A stretch of DNA of 64,000 nucleotides, taken from positions 45,047 through 109,046 of the forward strand of contig RHPI01001553.1 in NCBI GenBank assembly GCA_009103225.1. Reading direction: 5' to 3'. Each line of letters starts with the position of its first letter. Positions within the stretch are counted from its first letter, which is position 1. Below, piece after piece: positions 11,367 to 23,302 of this stretch. The translations under genes were made by a program, and so were the position numbers. This DNA comes from Chlorokybus atmophyticus. Taxonomy: Eukaryota; Plantae; Mesostigma and Chlorokybus algae. The notes under the pieces were generated by a model. It did not search any database. It saw nothing but the letters and a program-made list of their open reading frames with translations, and was not told the origin of the DNA.

Positions 11367-14300
11367 ATGTACATGGCTGACACTCTGCTGCTGCAGAGTC
11401 GTTTGCAGGAGGAGTGCGATTTCCAAACCTCTTGTCAAGTGTTCATCTGTCACAGGGGACCCGACACCAAACACAACATTGCAGATGCGCTGTACCATGA
11501 GCTCACAACAAAACACGGCTTGAAAGTCTTCCTTGATGCCCGCAACCTTCCCGCGACCGCCGGCGCGGACACTCCAGCAGCCATTCAGCAAGCGCTGCGA
11601 TCTGCGCCGGTTGGCGTCGCCATTCTGTCCAGCACCTTTTTTGACAGCAAAGATTGCGCTTCCGAGCTAAGAGACATGCTGGATGCTCGTGACCGCAAGC
11701 AAGGTTTTGTCTTTCTTCCCCTGTTCTTTCAGATAAAGGTGAATAAACTTTCAGTGAAGACACTGACCTCACGAAAGCGGCAGAAGTGGTACGATCAAGC
11801 TGAATCTAGAATAAAAAAGGAGGACCTGGCCAGCTACATTACAAGAGTCAAAGGTATTGTTGGAAAGGAGTACAACCCTGAGATGTGGAACACTGAGGAG
11901 ATTCCGCCCTTTGCTCTACACTTGCGCCGCCTTCTGCCGGTATGTTAGTGTCAACTGCTCATCATGAGCAGGTGCACAGGTATGTTTGACAGTCCGTTTC
12001 TAGACCAGCATTGATTGCTGTATGGGACGCAGGATGACCCCCACATATGCCTTGACAGTATACTGCCGAACTGGCTTGATCAGCTGCAGCGTCAGCGCAA
12101 AATGCTGTCATCCCCCGAGTCATCTCAGGGACGCATTGTTGGCCTTCTCTATGAGCACAGCAAGGAGCAGTTGGACTTGATGATACAGAGTCTGGAAGGA
12201 TTGAAGCAGCGTAGTGAAGACATCAAATCCAGCATGCGCCACATCAGCAGGAGCGGAGCCAACGGCCAAGGTATGTATGCTGCAATGTCAGCTGCCCTTC
12301 TTTGGGTCATTGCTATGGACATCTAGATCCTCGCATAGTTTGTTGTACTACTGCTATCGCTTCTTATGCTGCTAATGCGTGCGGTTCAGACTTGTCCGTA
12401 CTCTCCAGCATGGAGTGTTTGGAAATCGCATGTCGGGCAATTGTTTGGGTGGCGTGGGGCTGTGACATCGCTTGTGTTGCTGCTCTGGTGCTGCCGGCTG
12501 TCATCCATGGTCACCAGCGTGAGCGGCCGAATGAGTCCGTAGACAATGTGTTGAATAAGCTGACCCTCACACGGCCTTTGGCGAACAAACTGCGCGATGC
12601 AATGCAAGACTGGACGTATCCTCGGGTTTTGGGAGGAGCTGTACGGGGCATACTGTCTTCTCGAATTAACACAAGGGTTCAGGGTAAGTAGTAGTGAGAG
12701 CAGGCCCTGCTGCCCGTTGAACAGGGATTGTCCCATTGCAGAGATGCGCAGTGTCAGTGGTAGCGATCAGTCAGAACTGCACCGCATCACCCCATGCACA
12801 AAGCTTGCTGCATTCCGTGGACCACTTGTGCGCCTGCGGTCGACAGTCCCCAGCTGCAATCCTTGCTGTGTGTTTTACTGATTAAATGTCTGTGCCTTGC
12901 AGAGCTCTACATTGATTTGGCTAATGCAGTGATACAAGCAAACAACCATCTTGGCAAACCGGGGCTGCTGCCTCCCTTTGACCGTGCTGCAAAGGACACA
13001 GCTTTCAAAAAAGGGAACACGAGGTTGAAGGAGGTACTGGAAGCAGGGTTGCCAACAGACCAGCTGCAGCCTAGGCGTGCGGAGTGGCTACAGCAGTGGC
13101 AGGATGCTTTGCTGGTGGGTTTGCTTGACGAAGCCGCCTTGCAGACGTTAGCGAAAACGGCCGTGGAAGAGGTGTGGAGAGGATCCTGGAAGGTGGTGCG
13201 CGAGCCTGCAGAGCGAAGTAAGCAATATGCAGCTGAAGAAGCAGGCGACTTGGAGTCAGCAGTCATCACGAGAGATGATCAAGCTGAAGACGCTCCCAAC
13301 ATGCTGCTGGGTTCCGCTGCTAGCCAGAGCAACGTTGCAATTGCGCAATCTGAAGACAACAACGCAGATGGGCCGGTTGATACCCCTTCCACTGGGAAGC
13401 CTGTGGCGCATGAGACACAAGCCTCCTGGTCCGTTCTGGTCGAAGATGATCAAAACAAGCAACAACGGCGCATTGTCATTGAGGTGCCTGAAGTAGGCGC
13501 ACTCCCGGACGGTCTGGTTCGGGACTTGTGTGCCAACATGAAACGTGAGATGAAAGCCAAATCCGTCAGTGGGTACCCTGGCTCCCTTCTCGTGTTTGTA
13601 GACATGGAAACACCTGCATCAGAGTCGCTGGAGCGACTTGTGGAGAAGGTGCTGAGGAAGCCTGTGGCGCATGAGACACAAGCCTCCTGGTCAGTTCTGG
13701 GCGAAGATACTCCCAACAGGCAACAACGGCGCATTGTCATTGATGCGCCTGAAGTGGGCGAACTCCCGGACGGCCTGATGTTGGCGCTGCGTGCCCACAT
13801 TATAGGTCAGATGAAAGCCAAATCCGTCAGTGGGTACCCTGGCTCCCTTCTCGTGTTTATAGACGTGGAAACACCGGCATCAGAGTCGCTGGACCAACTT
13901 GTAGAGAAGGTGTTAGAGTGCTGGCATCAAGCAGTAGAAAGCGCTTGGCAGACTGTGGTGCGCTCTGTCATGCGCAAATATATGCCACAGGACTTCAAGC
14001 AGGACTTGAATTTGATGCAGCGATATACAGTGCAGCTTGGAGCCGAGCGTTTTGTCATTGTTGATGAAGGTTTGTCGCGGTGTCCTCGTGCACTGTGACA
14101 CCGCTGCCGATTGCTGTGCATGGCACATTCACTGCTGTTTGGTCCTTACAAGCGTTGTGCAAACCAGGTGGGGTTTTTTGTCAGATACTGACTCTTGAAG
14201 ATCAACCAAGGCTTGCTGGACAGATTGCTGTCAGTGGTGAGACCTTCTATGCATACATGCCGTCAACAGTTGGTTTGGTGGTCGTTTTCAGATCAAGTAA

Positions 14301-15861
14301 TGTATTGGCCGATCACTCCCTCCTGCAAATCATCCCTGTGTGCCTCTGCTCTGCAGTTGAATACGATGATGACGTATGTGACGGTATAAAGATAACGAAG
14401 GCCGCGGTGTGTTGGGGAGCAAACAGCACTGGATCATTTGCCCCGACCCTGTACTATAGGTTGCATGCAGAACGCAAGCTTGTTCAACTCGAACAGCGCC
14501 TCGAACCGTCAGATGGCATGGTACGTGCGGGCTACAGCTTCTTGAAATTGTTCAGGCACGTGCACCAATACTTGTGAATGTTCAAATCAAGTCCACAACA
14601 TATCTTCTGCATCTTGCCAATTACAAACAGCGGCCATGCATGCGTTATGTGAAGTGTGGTTGTAGCTGACGCTTGGCTTGCTATTTCCGAGGGCCCTGCT
14701 ACACTGAAGTGGAAAACCACATTGCCAGCAGAAGCCCTGAGGCTGGATGCATTTCTGGAAGCAACAAGGGATCAGCTGTGGGGCAATGCCATTAGCCTGT
14801 CGGTAAGTACATGCATGCACCTTGCAATTACGTTATGTGGACCGAGCTGGTGGCGTGATGGGTTGCTGCAGCAACCCAGACAGCTGTCTGAGCTCTTGAG
14901 TGCTGTTCAGCGCACGCATGGCAACACCTTTGAGAGCTTCAGTAGCAGCAATGAATCCTTATGTTATGCTGCGGCTGTGCAGGATGTACTCGCAAGTGTC
15001 CACGCACCAGAGGACGGGAGGGCAGCCAGTGGCGTTGGCTCACTGAGCACAGCCACTTTCAAATTGCAATGCTTTGTAACTGTGGCAGGCACGCTGAGAT
15101 TGTCCTGCAAGTTTAGTGGGACCGTGCCGGCTATTGTCTGGGAGCAGACTGAGCTGCGCGAGCTGTGGCTGGATGGCAATGGATTGGAAGAGCTGCCCTC
15201 AGGAGTGGGGAATTTGAGCAAACTGGAAAAGTTGGTGCTGAGCAACAACAATTTGAAAAGCATACCAAGAGAACTCGGTAACCTCAAAGAGCTTCGAGTG
15301 CTGCTGCTTGACGGCAACAAGCTCACTCACGTTGCCGGCATTGAGACGCTAACTGCCCTGGAAGAATTGGCATTACAGAAGAACAAATTCGCAAAGCTGC
15401 CGATCGAGGTTTGCATGCTCCAGGATCTGCAACGCCTGAACCTGCGCTGCAACTACTTGAAGGCGCTTCCTTTAGCCATCAAGGCGTTGAGCAAGTTGCG
15501 AGTTCTGAACCTTGATGACAACCGGTTAAGAGCACTGCCTAAGGAGATTCAGCACCTGACAGAGTTACAGGAGCTCAGTGTATTAAGGAATAAGCTCAAT
15601 CACTGGCAGTTCCCAGAGGTTGTTGTCACGTTGCTTCGTCTGAAGAAATTGCAGTTGGATGGCATATTCAATGCCAGATTCAACATATTTTGGGAAGGAC
15701 TAGATCGCCGGCTTCAGCAATGCCAGATTGCAAACAAACTGCAGGACAGTGACGGTACTGCCGCGGCTGCGAGCACATCAGCGCCCGAGACAGGCAAAGA
15801 GCTTGCAAACAGCAGCAGCGCAAATCAATTTGAAGGCCAATCAGTCCCCAGGGGCAGATGA
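11367..15861 (+). CDS. Multi-exon TIR ... LRR protein: TIR, helical/hydrophobic segment, 2 x 87-aa repeat, about 8 LRRs
   Basis: TIR exon: VFICHRGPDTK...KVFLD...GVAILSSTFFDSKDCASEL. Frame-preserving GT-AG introns at 11940-12032, about 12271-12326 and 12684-12741. LRR exon at about 15090-15660 (LxxLxLxxNxLxxLP, 22-23 aa period). Joining all exons into one gene is inferred; exons between 12.8 and 15.1 kb are not fully resolved. Confidence 0.7.
13395..13916 (+). repeat. Intragenic tandem duplication, 2 x 261 bp (87 aa)
   Basis: KPVAHETQASWSVL...RRIVI..PEVG.LPDGL...MKAKSVSGYPGSLLVF.D.ETPASESL..LVEKVL occurs twice in frame. Confidence 0.95.
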
Positions 15862-17542
15862 GACTTTCTCATGGGCCAGGGAGTTGCGGACCCAGTACCA
15901 GCTGCAAATCGAGGGGTGGTCATGACCAAAACAAGAAGCCATCAGGAGCAAGCAGCGTTCTTAGTCGCCCTAGTTTTGGCTGGGCATGCATGCCACATCA
16001 ATAACAATTAGCGCACCTCATGCAGCTGTTTCATGCCTCATCATGCGCATTGTGAGTAGCATACATGGTCACTCACAATGCGCATGAGTGTACAAAAGGG
16101 GTATGCTGCTGTGCCAACATGCATGGTGTGAAACATGCAAACAACATGCATGGTGTCAAGCACACCACACTCACTTGCACTCTTATTACAACAGTCACCA
16201 CCGGGCTATGTCTACCATCAGCGCGCTAACACTACCTGCCCCGTTAGACATGCATGCATAGCCAGGTTGATCACCTGCACAGCGGCTGTGGTCAGCGGCC
16301 ACAGCCTGTATATAAGAGATAGTATCCTACATTAGTAGCATGCAAGGTGTCACACACAAACATACGATGGCATGCATAGTGCAGCACACGGCACATGCAA
16401 TGGCAGGCTCACACTTCATTACATTTACTCACCACCGAACTGCTAACTCTACCTAACACTACCTGCCTACCCCGTCAGTCAATGCAGCATGCATGTCAGT
16501 CAATCACCTGCCCACAAGGGCTATATACACTTTCCCCACCGCGGTTTGTGCATATATAACAATTCATGTTGTTATGCGGCACGCGCGTGCATGATTACGA
16601 CGTGGCATAATTGAACACATCTTGCGTTTTGTAGCGTTAGCAATCACATATTATAGACCATATGAAGCATTGCTTCTGCTATAACATGGCTTGCGGACAC
16701 ATAGTTGTAAAACTCACGTGCAAGATTGGGACTGCAGCCCGCGGGTCCTGAGGCATGTCAGTACGCAATGCCCCAGCACTGCTATCAGTATACGCATGCG
16801 CCCATATGCGCGCGCGCAAGAGAGGGGGGAATCCCCCCCCCCTCCCTCCGGAGGGAGAAGAGGGGGGGTGTAACAGTCAAGGCCAAATTCTGTGATTTTC
16901 ATGGCCGTTTTAGGCCTTATTTGTAAGGTACATGTTTTTAATGACTTGTGGCGGATATCGGCGAGTTATGAGTCTGCCGCGGATATCGACCGGGGCCCCA
17001 AGACCAGTCCGGAAGGTGCCAGAAAACGGAGGGCCAGTCGAGAAGGGCTCGACCAGATTTCTGGAAGGGCCTGGCGCCAAGTAGTATAACTTGACCATAT
17101 GAGCAGCAAATTAGGAGATCTTTGGTGCGTTGGAAAGGTCTAGAAGTGTACTACAAGATTCTACAAGAATATCTTAGCTTCTAGTTCCGTCTAGCGCTAG
17201 AATCGTCTAGTCAGTAGCATGTGCAGACTGGTAGGTATAAAAGTGACATTCTACAACTTGCAATACAACCTTTAGCTCCCTAGTTTCTTGTGTGCAAGCT
17301 TGGTGGTGGCTAGCAGGGGTTGCTAGCGTGTGTCCACCGGTGTGTGCTTGCTTGTGTGACGATCCAAGGCGCTACACAAGTCGGTGTGTAGCTTCGAGCG
17401 CATGCGCGTGCGTACGCGAGTGGCGGGGCGCGCGTGTGTGCTTGGCAGAGGGGGCAAGGTTCCGGTGTGAATACCGTGTCTTGGTGAGAGGGTTGTGGAT
17501 TGGACCAACTCACAGGTGACAAGGCACGAGCACCGTCACAAC

Positions 17543-17554
17543 TGGTATCGGAGC
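17543..17554 (+). promoter_or_regulatory. Primer-binding site, tRNA-iMet type
   Basis: TGGTATCGGAGC, 2 nt after the LTR end; one mismatch to the canonical TGGTATCAGAGC. Confidence 0.85.
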
Positions 17555-17634
17555 ACGGTTTACGAAGGTGAGAGAGGAAGTGTGTGGGCGTTTACACTTT
17601 TCATTCGGAAGCGGAGTGTAGTGTGTTAGTGGAG

Positions 17635-18663
17635 ATGGAGGATGCTCGCATGGAAGAGCTTCAAGCTGCCATCTTGGCACTGAGGGAAGAGCTTCATCAC
17701 ACTCAAGCGGCGGCACAAGCACAACGCGAGGCGTATGAGCATGCGATGGCGCGTGTATAAATTCCCATGGCATCAAGCTCGCGCGTGCATGTGAAGGTGC
17801 CAAAGCCCAAGCCCTTTAAGGGTCAACGTGATGGAGATGCAGTGGATGAATGGATTTTTCAAGTATCGTCTTGGTTGAAGCTCACGGAGGTGCCCACGCA
17901 TCTGCACGTGGAGGTTGCAGCGACATTGCTTGAAGGTGCAGCACTTGTGTGGTGGAGGCATCGATGTACGCGTGTTGCAAACGGGTTGGCGCTACCATTG
18001 ACCACCATGGAAGAGTTGGCACTGGAGGTCAGGCATCAATTTGTTCCCGTTGAGAGCGTGAAGGCCGCACGCGACAAACTTGCAGCCCTTGTGCAAATGG
18101 GGTCGGTGATGGCGTACACGGCCGCATTTCAGCGATTGGTGATGTCCATACCCAATATGACCGAGGAGGAGCAGTTGGACAGGTATACACGTGGTTTGAA
18201 ACCTTTGGGGCGTAAAGAAGTGGAGCTACGGGACCCGAAGACACTCGTGGAGGCTATACGCATCGCGGAGCGTCTCGACGCGTTGTACTTCAAATCCACC
18301 ACAAGAAACACTGACTGGAGGCAAAGGCATGGTGATCAGCCCCGGGGAGGCTTTTAACATGCATGGAGACGAGGAGAACCAAGTTCAGCACTTGCCAATG
18401 GAGGTGGAGCTGACTCTGGGCCTGCACCAATGGAGGTGGGTGCCATACACACGCATGGAAGTGAGGCGAAGCACGGCGGACGTGGTGAAAGAGGTAAAGG
18501 TGTGCGCAAGTGTTATGCGTGTGGGTCGACGGAGCATTTGGCGTACGGATGCCCCAAACGAAGCACGCAAAGGCCAACACCGGATGGCAACCCTCGCCGT
18601 GATCGTCGCGTCAACACCATGGAGCAAAATGGCGTGGAGCAGGAAAACGACTTCCCCCAGTAG
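17635..18663 (+). pseudogene. Chromovirus gag with two in-frame TAA stops
   Basis: One reading frame from ATG 17635 with TAA at 17758-17760 and 18355-18357. Retrotrans_gag-like core (PKPFKG..DAVDEWIFQV, LEGAALVWW) and zinc knuckle CYACGSTEHLAYGC. Confidence 0.9.
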
Positions 18664-18716
18664 GTGAGGAGGCTACTGCTGGGGATAGGAAGGAGCCTCA
18701 TGCACGGACGGATGCT

Positions 18717-21700
18717 GTGACATTTCCATTAAAGAAGCAAGAGGAGATGGCTTTGAACGCGCCAATGGTGGTGAGTTATGCAAACGAGGAGACAACAAAG
18801 TACTTCGGGCTTCGAGCACACATTTGCGATGACCAAGGACGATGGAGAGAGTGTAAGCTCATGATTGATAGCGGTGCCAACAGCAACTTCATGAGTATTG
18901 ATATCGCGCGGCGTTACGGTTGGCTTTCGTCATTACGAGGAGGTGAAGTGAAGCTCGCTGATGGAGAGCCACCCTCTGGAGGTGATGGCGCTGCGTTTAT
19001 GACCAAAGAGTTGTGCGTTCGCATTGGGAAGATGAAGGAGAGCATGCGGTTTTGCTGCATCACCTTACGGAACAGGTTTGATGGGATTTTGGGACTACCG
19101 TGGCTATGGCAACATAATCCAGCCATCAATTGGAGGAAGCGCGTGCTCACCATCGAGCGAAACGGTGGAGAGTCCATTCAAGCTGCATCGGACGTCATCG
19201 AGGCGCGGCACGCACAATTAGGTGGTACGACAATTGCCCAGATCTCTCATGTGCAATTGAGGAAGTTATTGTCTCCACGGAAGGCAAAGGCTGCATGGTT
19301 GTGCGTGGTGCGCGAAAACACTGCAAAGTCAGCACCAGAGCTGAGTGACGATGTTCAGACGGCAACTATGGACCCCGAGGTGTGTAAACTTGTTAAAGAA
19401 TACCAAGATACCATGGTGGACGGACTTCCATCTGGTCTACCACCTCCACGGAGCGTAGACCACCGTGTGGAGCTGATGGAGGGCGTGCACAAGCCACCGT
19501 ATCGACCCGTATACAAGTTGTCACCTTTGGAACTGGAAGAGGCCGAGAGGCAGGTGGCGGACTTGCTGGAAAGAGGCTACATCAGGCCTAGTAAGTCCCC
19601 CTATGGTGCACCTATTTTGTTTGTACGAAAGAAGAACGGGAGCTTGCGCATGTGCGTCGACTACCGAGCTCTCAACAACATCACGAAGAGAAATTGCTTT
19701 CCACTCCCACGAATCGACGAGTTGCTGGAGCAATTGCAAGGTGCGCAGTACTTCACAACACTTGATCTTGCTGGAGGTTATCACCAAATTCGCATCGCGC
19801 CCGAGGATGTGGAGAAAACAGCCTTTAACACACGTTATGGGCACTACGAGTGGTTGGTCATGTCCTTCGGACTTACGAACGCACCGGCAACATTTCAAAC
19901 GCTTATGAACAGCGTTTTTGCTGACTTGATTGGTAAGGGAGTCCTCGTGTACCTCGACGACATTTTGGTGTACGCGACAACAAAGGAGGAGCACGTGGCA
20001 CTTCTACGGCGCGTGTTGCAGCGTTTGCGCGAACACAAGTTGTACGCCCAGCTACAAAAGTGCAAATTCTTGCTTCGAGAGGTGGAGTACCTAGGCCACA
20101 TTGTGTCGCATGAAGGCATCAAGCCGGACCCCAACAAAGTGCAGGTGGTGCGCGAGTGGGCTGCCCCGACCAATGTAAAGGAGGTGATGTCCTTTTTAGG
20201 CCTTGCGGGGTATTATCGCAAGTTTATCATGGGGTTTTCGCGCATAGCTGCTCCCTTGACTACCCTACTCAAGAAGGGAAAGCATTGGAGCTGGTCAGCA
20301 ACAGAGGAACATGCATTTGCTGCGTTGAAGAAGGCGCTGACGGAGGCACCAGTCCTGGCTCACCCCAACATGGAAAAGACATTTATTTTGGCTTGCGACG
20401 CGTCCGACACAGCCGTAGGAGCTGTTTTGCAGCAAGACCATGGCAACGGCCTTCAACCAGTAGCATTCTTCAGCAAAAAGATGAGTGGTGCGGAGCTGAA
20501 TTACCCCGTGCACGAGAAGGAACTTTTAGCGCAAGTCATGGCGCTACGACAATGGCGTTGTTTTCTGGAAGGCAAAAAGTTCGTGCTTGAGACGGATCAC
20601 TCTCCACTGAGGTACTTACAAACACAACCTCATCTGAGTCGCAGACAAGCTCGATGGCTTGAGTTCTTTCAACTTTTTGACTTCGATATCAAGTACAAGC
20701 CCGGTACGTCAAATGGTGTTGCTGACGCGCTGAGCCGGCTTAATGCAATTGAGGCACTCGCTCAAGTGCAGCCCGAGTGGACCGACCAGATTCGGCAAGT
20801 GCTTCGTGAAGACACGGAGGGTATGAAAGTGTTGCAAGAGCTGGAAAATACAGCTACGGACACAAGTGGGCACTGGTCAATGCGCGACGGGCTGCTGTGG
20901 CACCATGGGCGCTTGTACATCCCCAACGTCGCGCATATCCGTGTGAAGTTGCTGAAGGAAGCTCATGACGTGCCCATTGCTGGTCACCAAGGGTTGGAAA
21001 GGACTTTGGCAAGCTTAAAACAGCGTTTTTACTGGCGAGAGATGCATCGCGATGTGCGCGACTACGTGGCGTTGTGCGACGCATGCCAAAGGGTGAAGGC
21101 AAGCAACCAAAAGCCAGGTGGGTTGCTGCAACCTCTCCCTGTGCCATTGTCCAAGTGGGAGCAAGTTACCATGGACTTTATCACGGGGCTACCAAAGACA
21201 AAAGAAGGGTACGACGCTATACTTGTGTTCGTCGATAAAACCAGCAAAATGGTACGCTTGGCACCGTGTAGTGAGTCTTGCACGGCACCGGAGGCAGCAC
21301 GCTTGTTCGTGAAGCATGTATTTCGTTCTCATGGATTACCACGAAGCATTGTGAGTGATCGCGACCCGCGCTTTACAAGTAAGTTTTGGGAGGCGCTGCA
21401 TAGTGCACTGGGTACCACACTGAAGTTTAGCACGGCATTCCACCCGCAAACTGATGGGCAAACGGAGCGGGCCAACCGTGTGATCGAGGACATGCTGCGT
21501 TGCTACGTTAACGCGCGACAAGACAATTGGGAGGAGCTGCTTGAGTTGGTTGAGTTTGCGATCAACAACCACCACAATGCAAGCACAGGTGTCACTCCCT
21601 TCCTTATGAACTACGGGCAACATCCATTGACACCGTTGACGGCATGGACACCGCGACGACATGACGTGCGTGTGGAGGCAGCTAATGACTTCCTTACAAA

Positions 21701-22250
21701 GTGCGCGGACATTAACAAGGCAGCTAGGGATGCGTTATTGGTGGCACAAAATCGGCAGAAGCAGTACGCGGACGCGCATCGCCGACACCTCACGTTTCAG
21801 GAAGGCGACATTGTGTTACTCTCCGCGAAGCACGTCCAGGTGCGTACGGGAGTTCGCAAGCTGAATGAACGCTGGTTGGGACCATTTAAGGTCAGCAAAG
21901 TTATCTCGGACGTGGCGTACAAGTTGGAGCTACCCGACACCATGCGTGTGCACCCCGTTTTTCACGTCTCCCTTCTGAAAGCATATCGAGGAGAACCGCC
22001 AGAAAGGCCACCCCCCGAAGTTGGCACAAATGGTGCACCCGAGTGGGAGGTAGAAGACATCCTTGGTGAGAAGTTTGTGCATGGCGTACGCAAGTTCTTA
22101 AAGAAATGGAAGGGCTATCCGTTGCATGAAGCATCCTGGGAGCCAGAGGCACACTTGACTAATGCTCAAGACGTTGTACGTGCCTACCTTGCTCGACGAC
22201 ACCCTCGCGAGCTTCGAGGACGAAGCTCACCTGGGGGGGGAGGAGTGTAA
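18717..22250 (+). CDS. Chromovirus pol: protease, RT, RNase H, integrase, chromodomain (uninterrupted)
   Basis: IDSGA, CVDYRALN, YLDDIL, LACDASD, HHCC zinc finger, TMDFI / SDRD / GQTERAN, GPF, and chromodomain WEVEDILG..FLKKWKGYPLHEASWEPEAHL. Confidence 0.97.
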   Translation: MTFPLKKQEEMALNAPMVVSYANEETTKYFGLRAHICDDQGRWRECKLMIDSGANSNFMSIDIARRYGWLSSLRGGEVKLADGEPPSGGDGAAFMTKELCVRIGKMKESMRFCCITLRNRFDGILGLPWLWQHNPAINWRKRVLTIERNGGESIQAASDVIEARHAQLGGTTIAQISHVQLRKLLSPRKAKAAWLCVVRENTAKSAPELSDDVQTATMDPEVCKLVKEYQDTMVDGLPSGLPPPRSVDHRVELMEGVHKPPYRPVYKLSPLELEEAERQVADLLERGYIRPSKSPYGAPILFVRKKNGSLRMCVDYRALNNITKRNCFPLPRIDELLEQLQGAQYFTTLDLAGGYHQIRIAPEDVEKTAFNTRYGHYEWLVMSFGLTNAPATFQTLMNSVFADLIGKGVLVYLDDILVYATTKEEHVALLRRVLQRLREHKLYAQLQKCKFLLREVEYLGHIVSHEGIKPDPNKVQVVREWAAPTNVKEVMSFLGLAGYYRKFIMGFSRIAAPLTTLLKKGKHWSWSATEEHAFAALKKALTEAPVLAHPNMEKTFILACDASDTAVGAVLQQDHGNGLQPVAFFSKKMSGAELNYPVHEKELLAQVMALRQWRCFLEGKKFVLETDHSPLRYLQTQPHLSRRQARWLEFFQLFDFDIKYKPGTSNGVADALSRLNAIEALAQVQPEWTDQIRQVLREDTEGMKVLQELENTATDTSGHWSMRDGLLWHHGRLYIPNVAHIRVKLLKEAHDVPIAGHQGLERTLASLKQRFYWREMHRDVRDYVALCDACQRVKASNQKPGGLLQPLPVPLSKWEQVTMDFITGLPKTKEGYDAILVFVDKTSKMVRLAPCSESCTAPEAARLFVKHVFRSHGLPRSIVSDRDPRFTSKFWEALHSALGTTLKFSTAFHPQTDGQTERANRVIEDMLRCYVNARQDNWEELLELVEFAINNHHNASTGVTPFLMNYGQHPLTPLTAWTPRRHDVRVEAANDFLTKCADINKAARDALLVAQNRQKQYADAHRRHLTFQEGDIVLLSAKHVQVRTGVRKLNERWLGPFKVSKVISDVAYKLELPDTMRVHPVFHVSLLKAYRGEPPERPPPEVGTNGAPEWEVEDILGEKFVHGVRKFLKKWKGYPLHEASWEPEAHLTNAQDVVRAYLARRHPRELRGRSSPGGGGV

Positions 22251-23302
22251 CAGTCAAGGCCAAATTCTGTGATTTTCATGGCCGTTTTAGGCCTTATTTG
22301 TAAGGTACATGTTTTTAATGACTTGTGGCGGATATCGGCGAGTTATGAGTCTGCCGCGGATATCGACCGGGGCCCCAAGACCAGTCCGGAAGGTGCCAGA
22401 AAACGGAGGGCCAGTCGAGAAGGGCTCGACCAGATTTCTGGAAGGGCCTGGCGCCAAGTAGTATAACTTGACCATATGAGCAGCAAATTAGGAGATCTTT
22501 GGTGCGTTGGAAAGGTCTAGAAGTGTACTACAAGATTCTGCAAGAATATCTTAGCTTCTAGTTCCGTCTAGCGCTAGAATCGTCTAGACAGTAGCATGTG
22601 CAGACTGGTAGGTATAAAAGTGACATTCTACAACTTGCAATACAACCTTTAGCTCCCTAGTTTCTTGTGTGCAAGCTTGGTGGTGGCTAGCAGGGGTTGC
22701 TAGCGTGTGTCCACCGGTGTGTGCTTGCTTGTGTGACGATCCAAGGCGCTACACAAGTCGGTGTGTAGCTTCGAGCGCATGCGCGTGCGTACGCGAGTGG
22801 CGGGGCGCGCGTGTGTGCTTGGCAGAGGGGGCAAGGTTCCGGTGTGAATACCGTGTCTTGGTGAGAGGGTTGTGGATTGGACCAACTCACAGGTGACAAG
22901 GCACAAGCACCGTCACGGGGGGGGGGGGGGTCTAATGCGAGTATACAGGTGGCACAAAGGTTGGCGAGGTTGCCTGCTGGTGCTCAGCATGGGAGGTGGA
23001 GGACTTGGTGGTCTCGTCGTTTGGTACGCTTGCCAATGCATGTGTTCTAAGAAGGTATAGCGCTTGGGTCAGATGTCGAAGGTCTCCAACAGTTTACCAA
23101 CAGTTCTTTGTAGTTGTCACCTCTTAGCTGAGCCAGATGACGCCCTTGGCAAAATCCTTTGCAAGCAGTGCGCCATCTTGTGCAAGCTCCCTTGCCCAGT
23201 CCCAGAAGCTTGCAATGAGGCGGCAAGCGTTGTTTCCTGTATTCTCCGCCTCACTCGTTGTGAGTGCTGCCAAAAAGTCAGCATAGAAGCCTGCGCATTG
23301 AG

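Larger units (their letters stand above)
16869..22917 (+). mobile_element. Full-length Ty3/Gypsy chromovirus
   Basis: 672-bp LTRs at 16869-17540 and 22246-22917 (4 differences spotted). PBS TGGTATCGGAGC at 17543-17554, PPT at 22233-22245. Flanked by GGGGG on both sides inside a G-run. Confidence 0.97.

Noticed and set aside
17758-18357. Possible TAA/TAG = Gln genetic code, suggested by in-frame stops at Gln-like positions
   Set aside because: Long intact ORFs (pol 18717-22250, Copia C, TPR array) contain no internal TAR and end in TAA or TAG. Trp-to-stop lesions occur alongside. Ordinary decay explains the stops.
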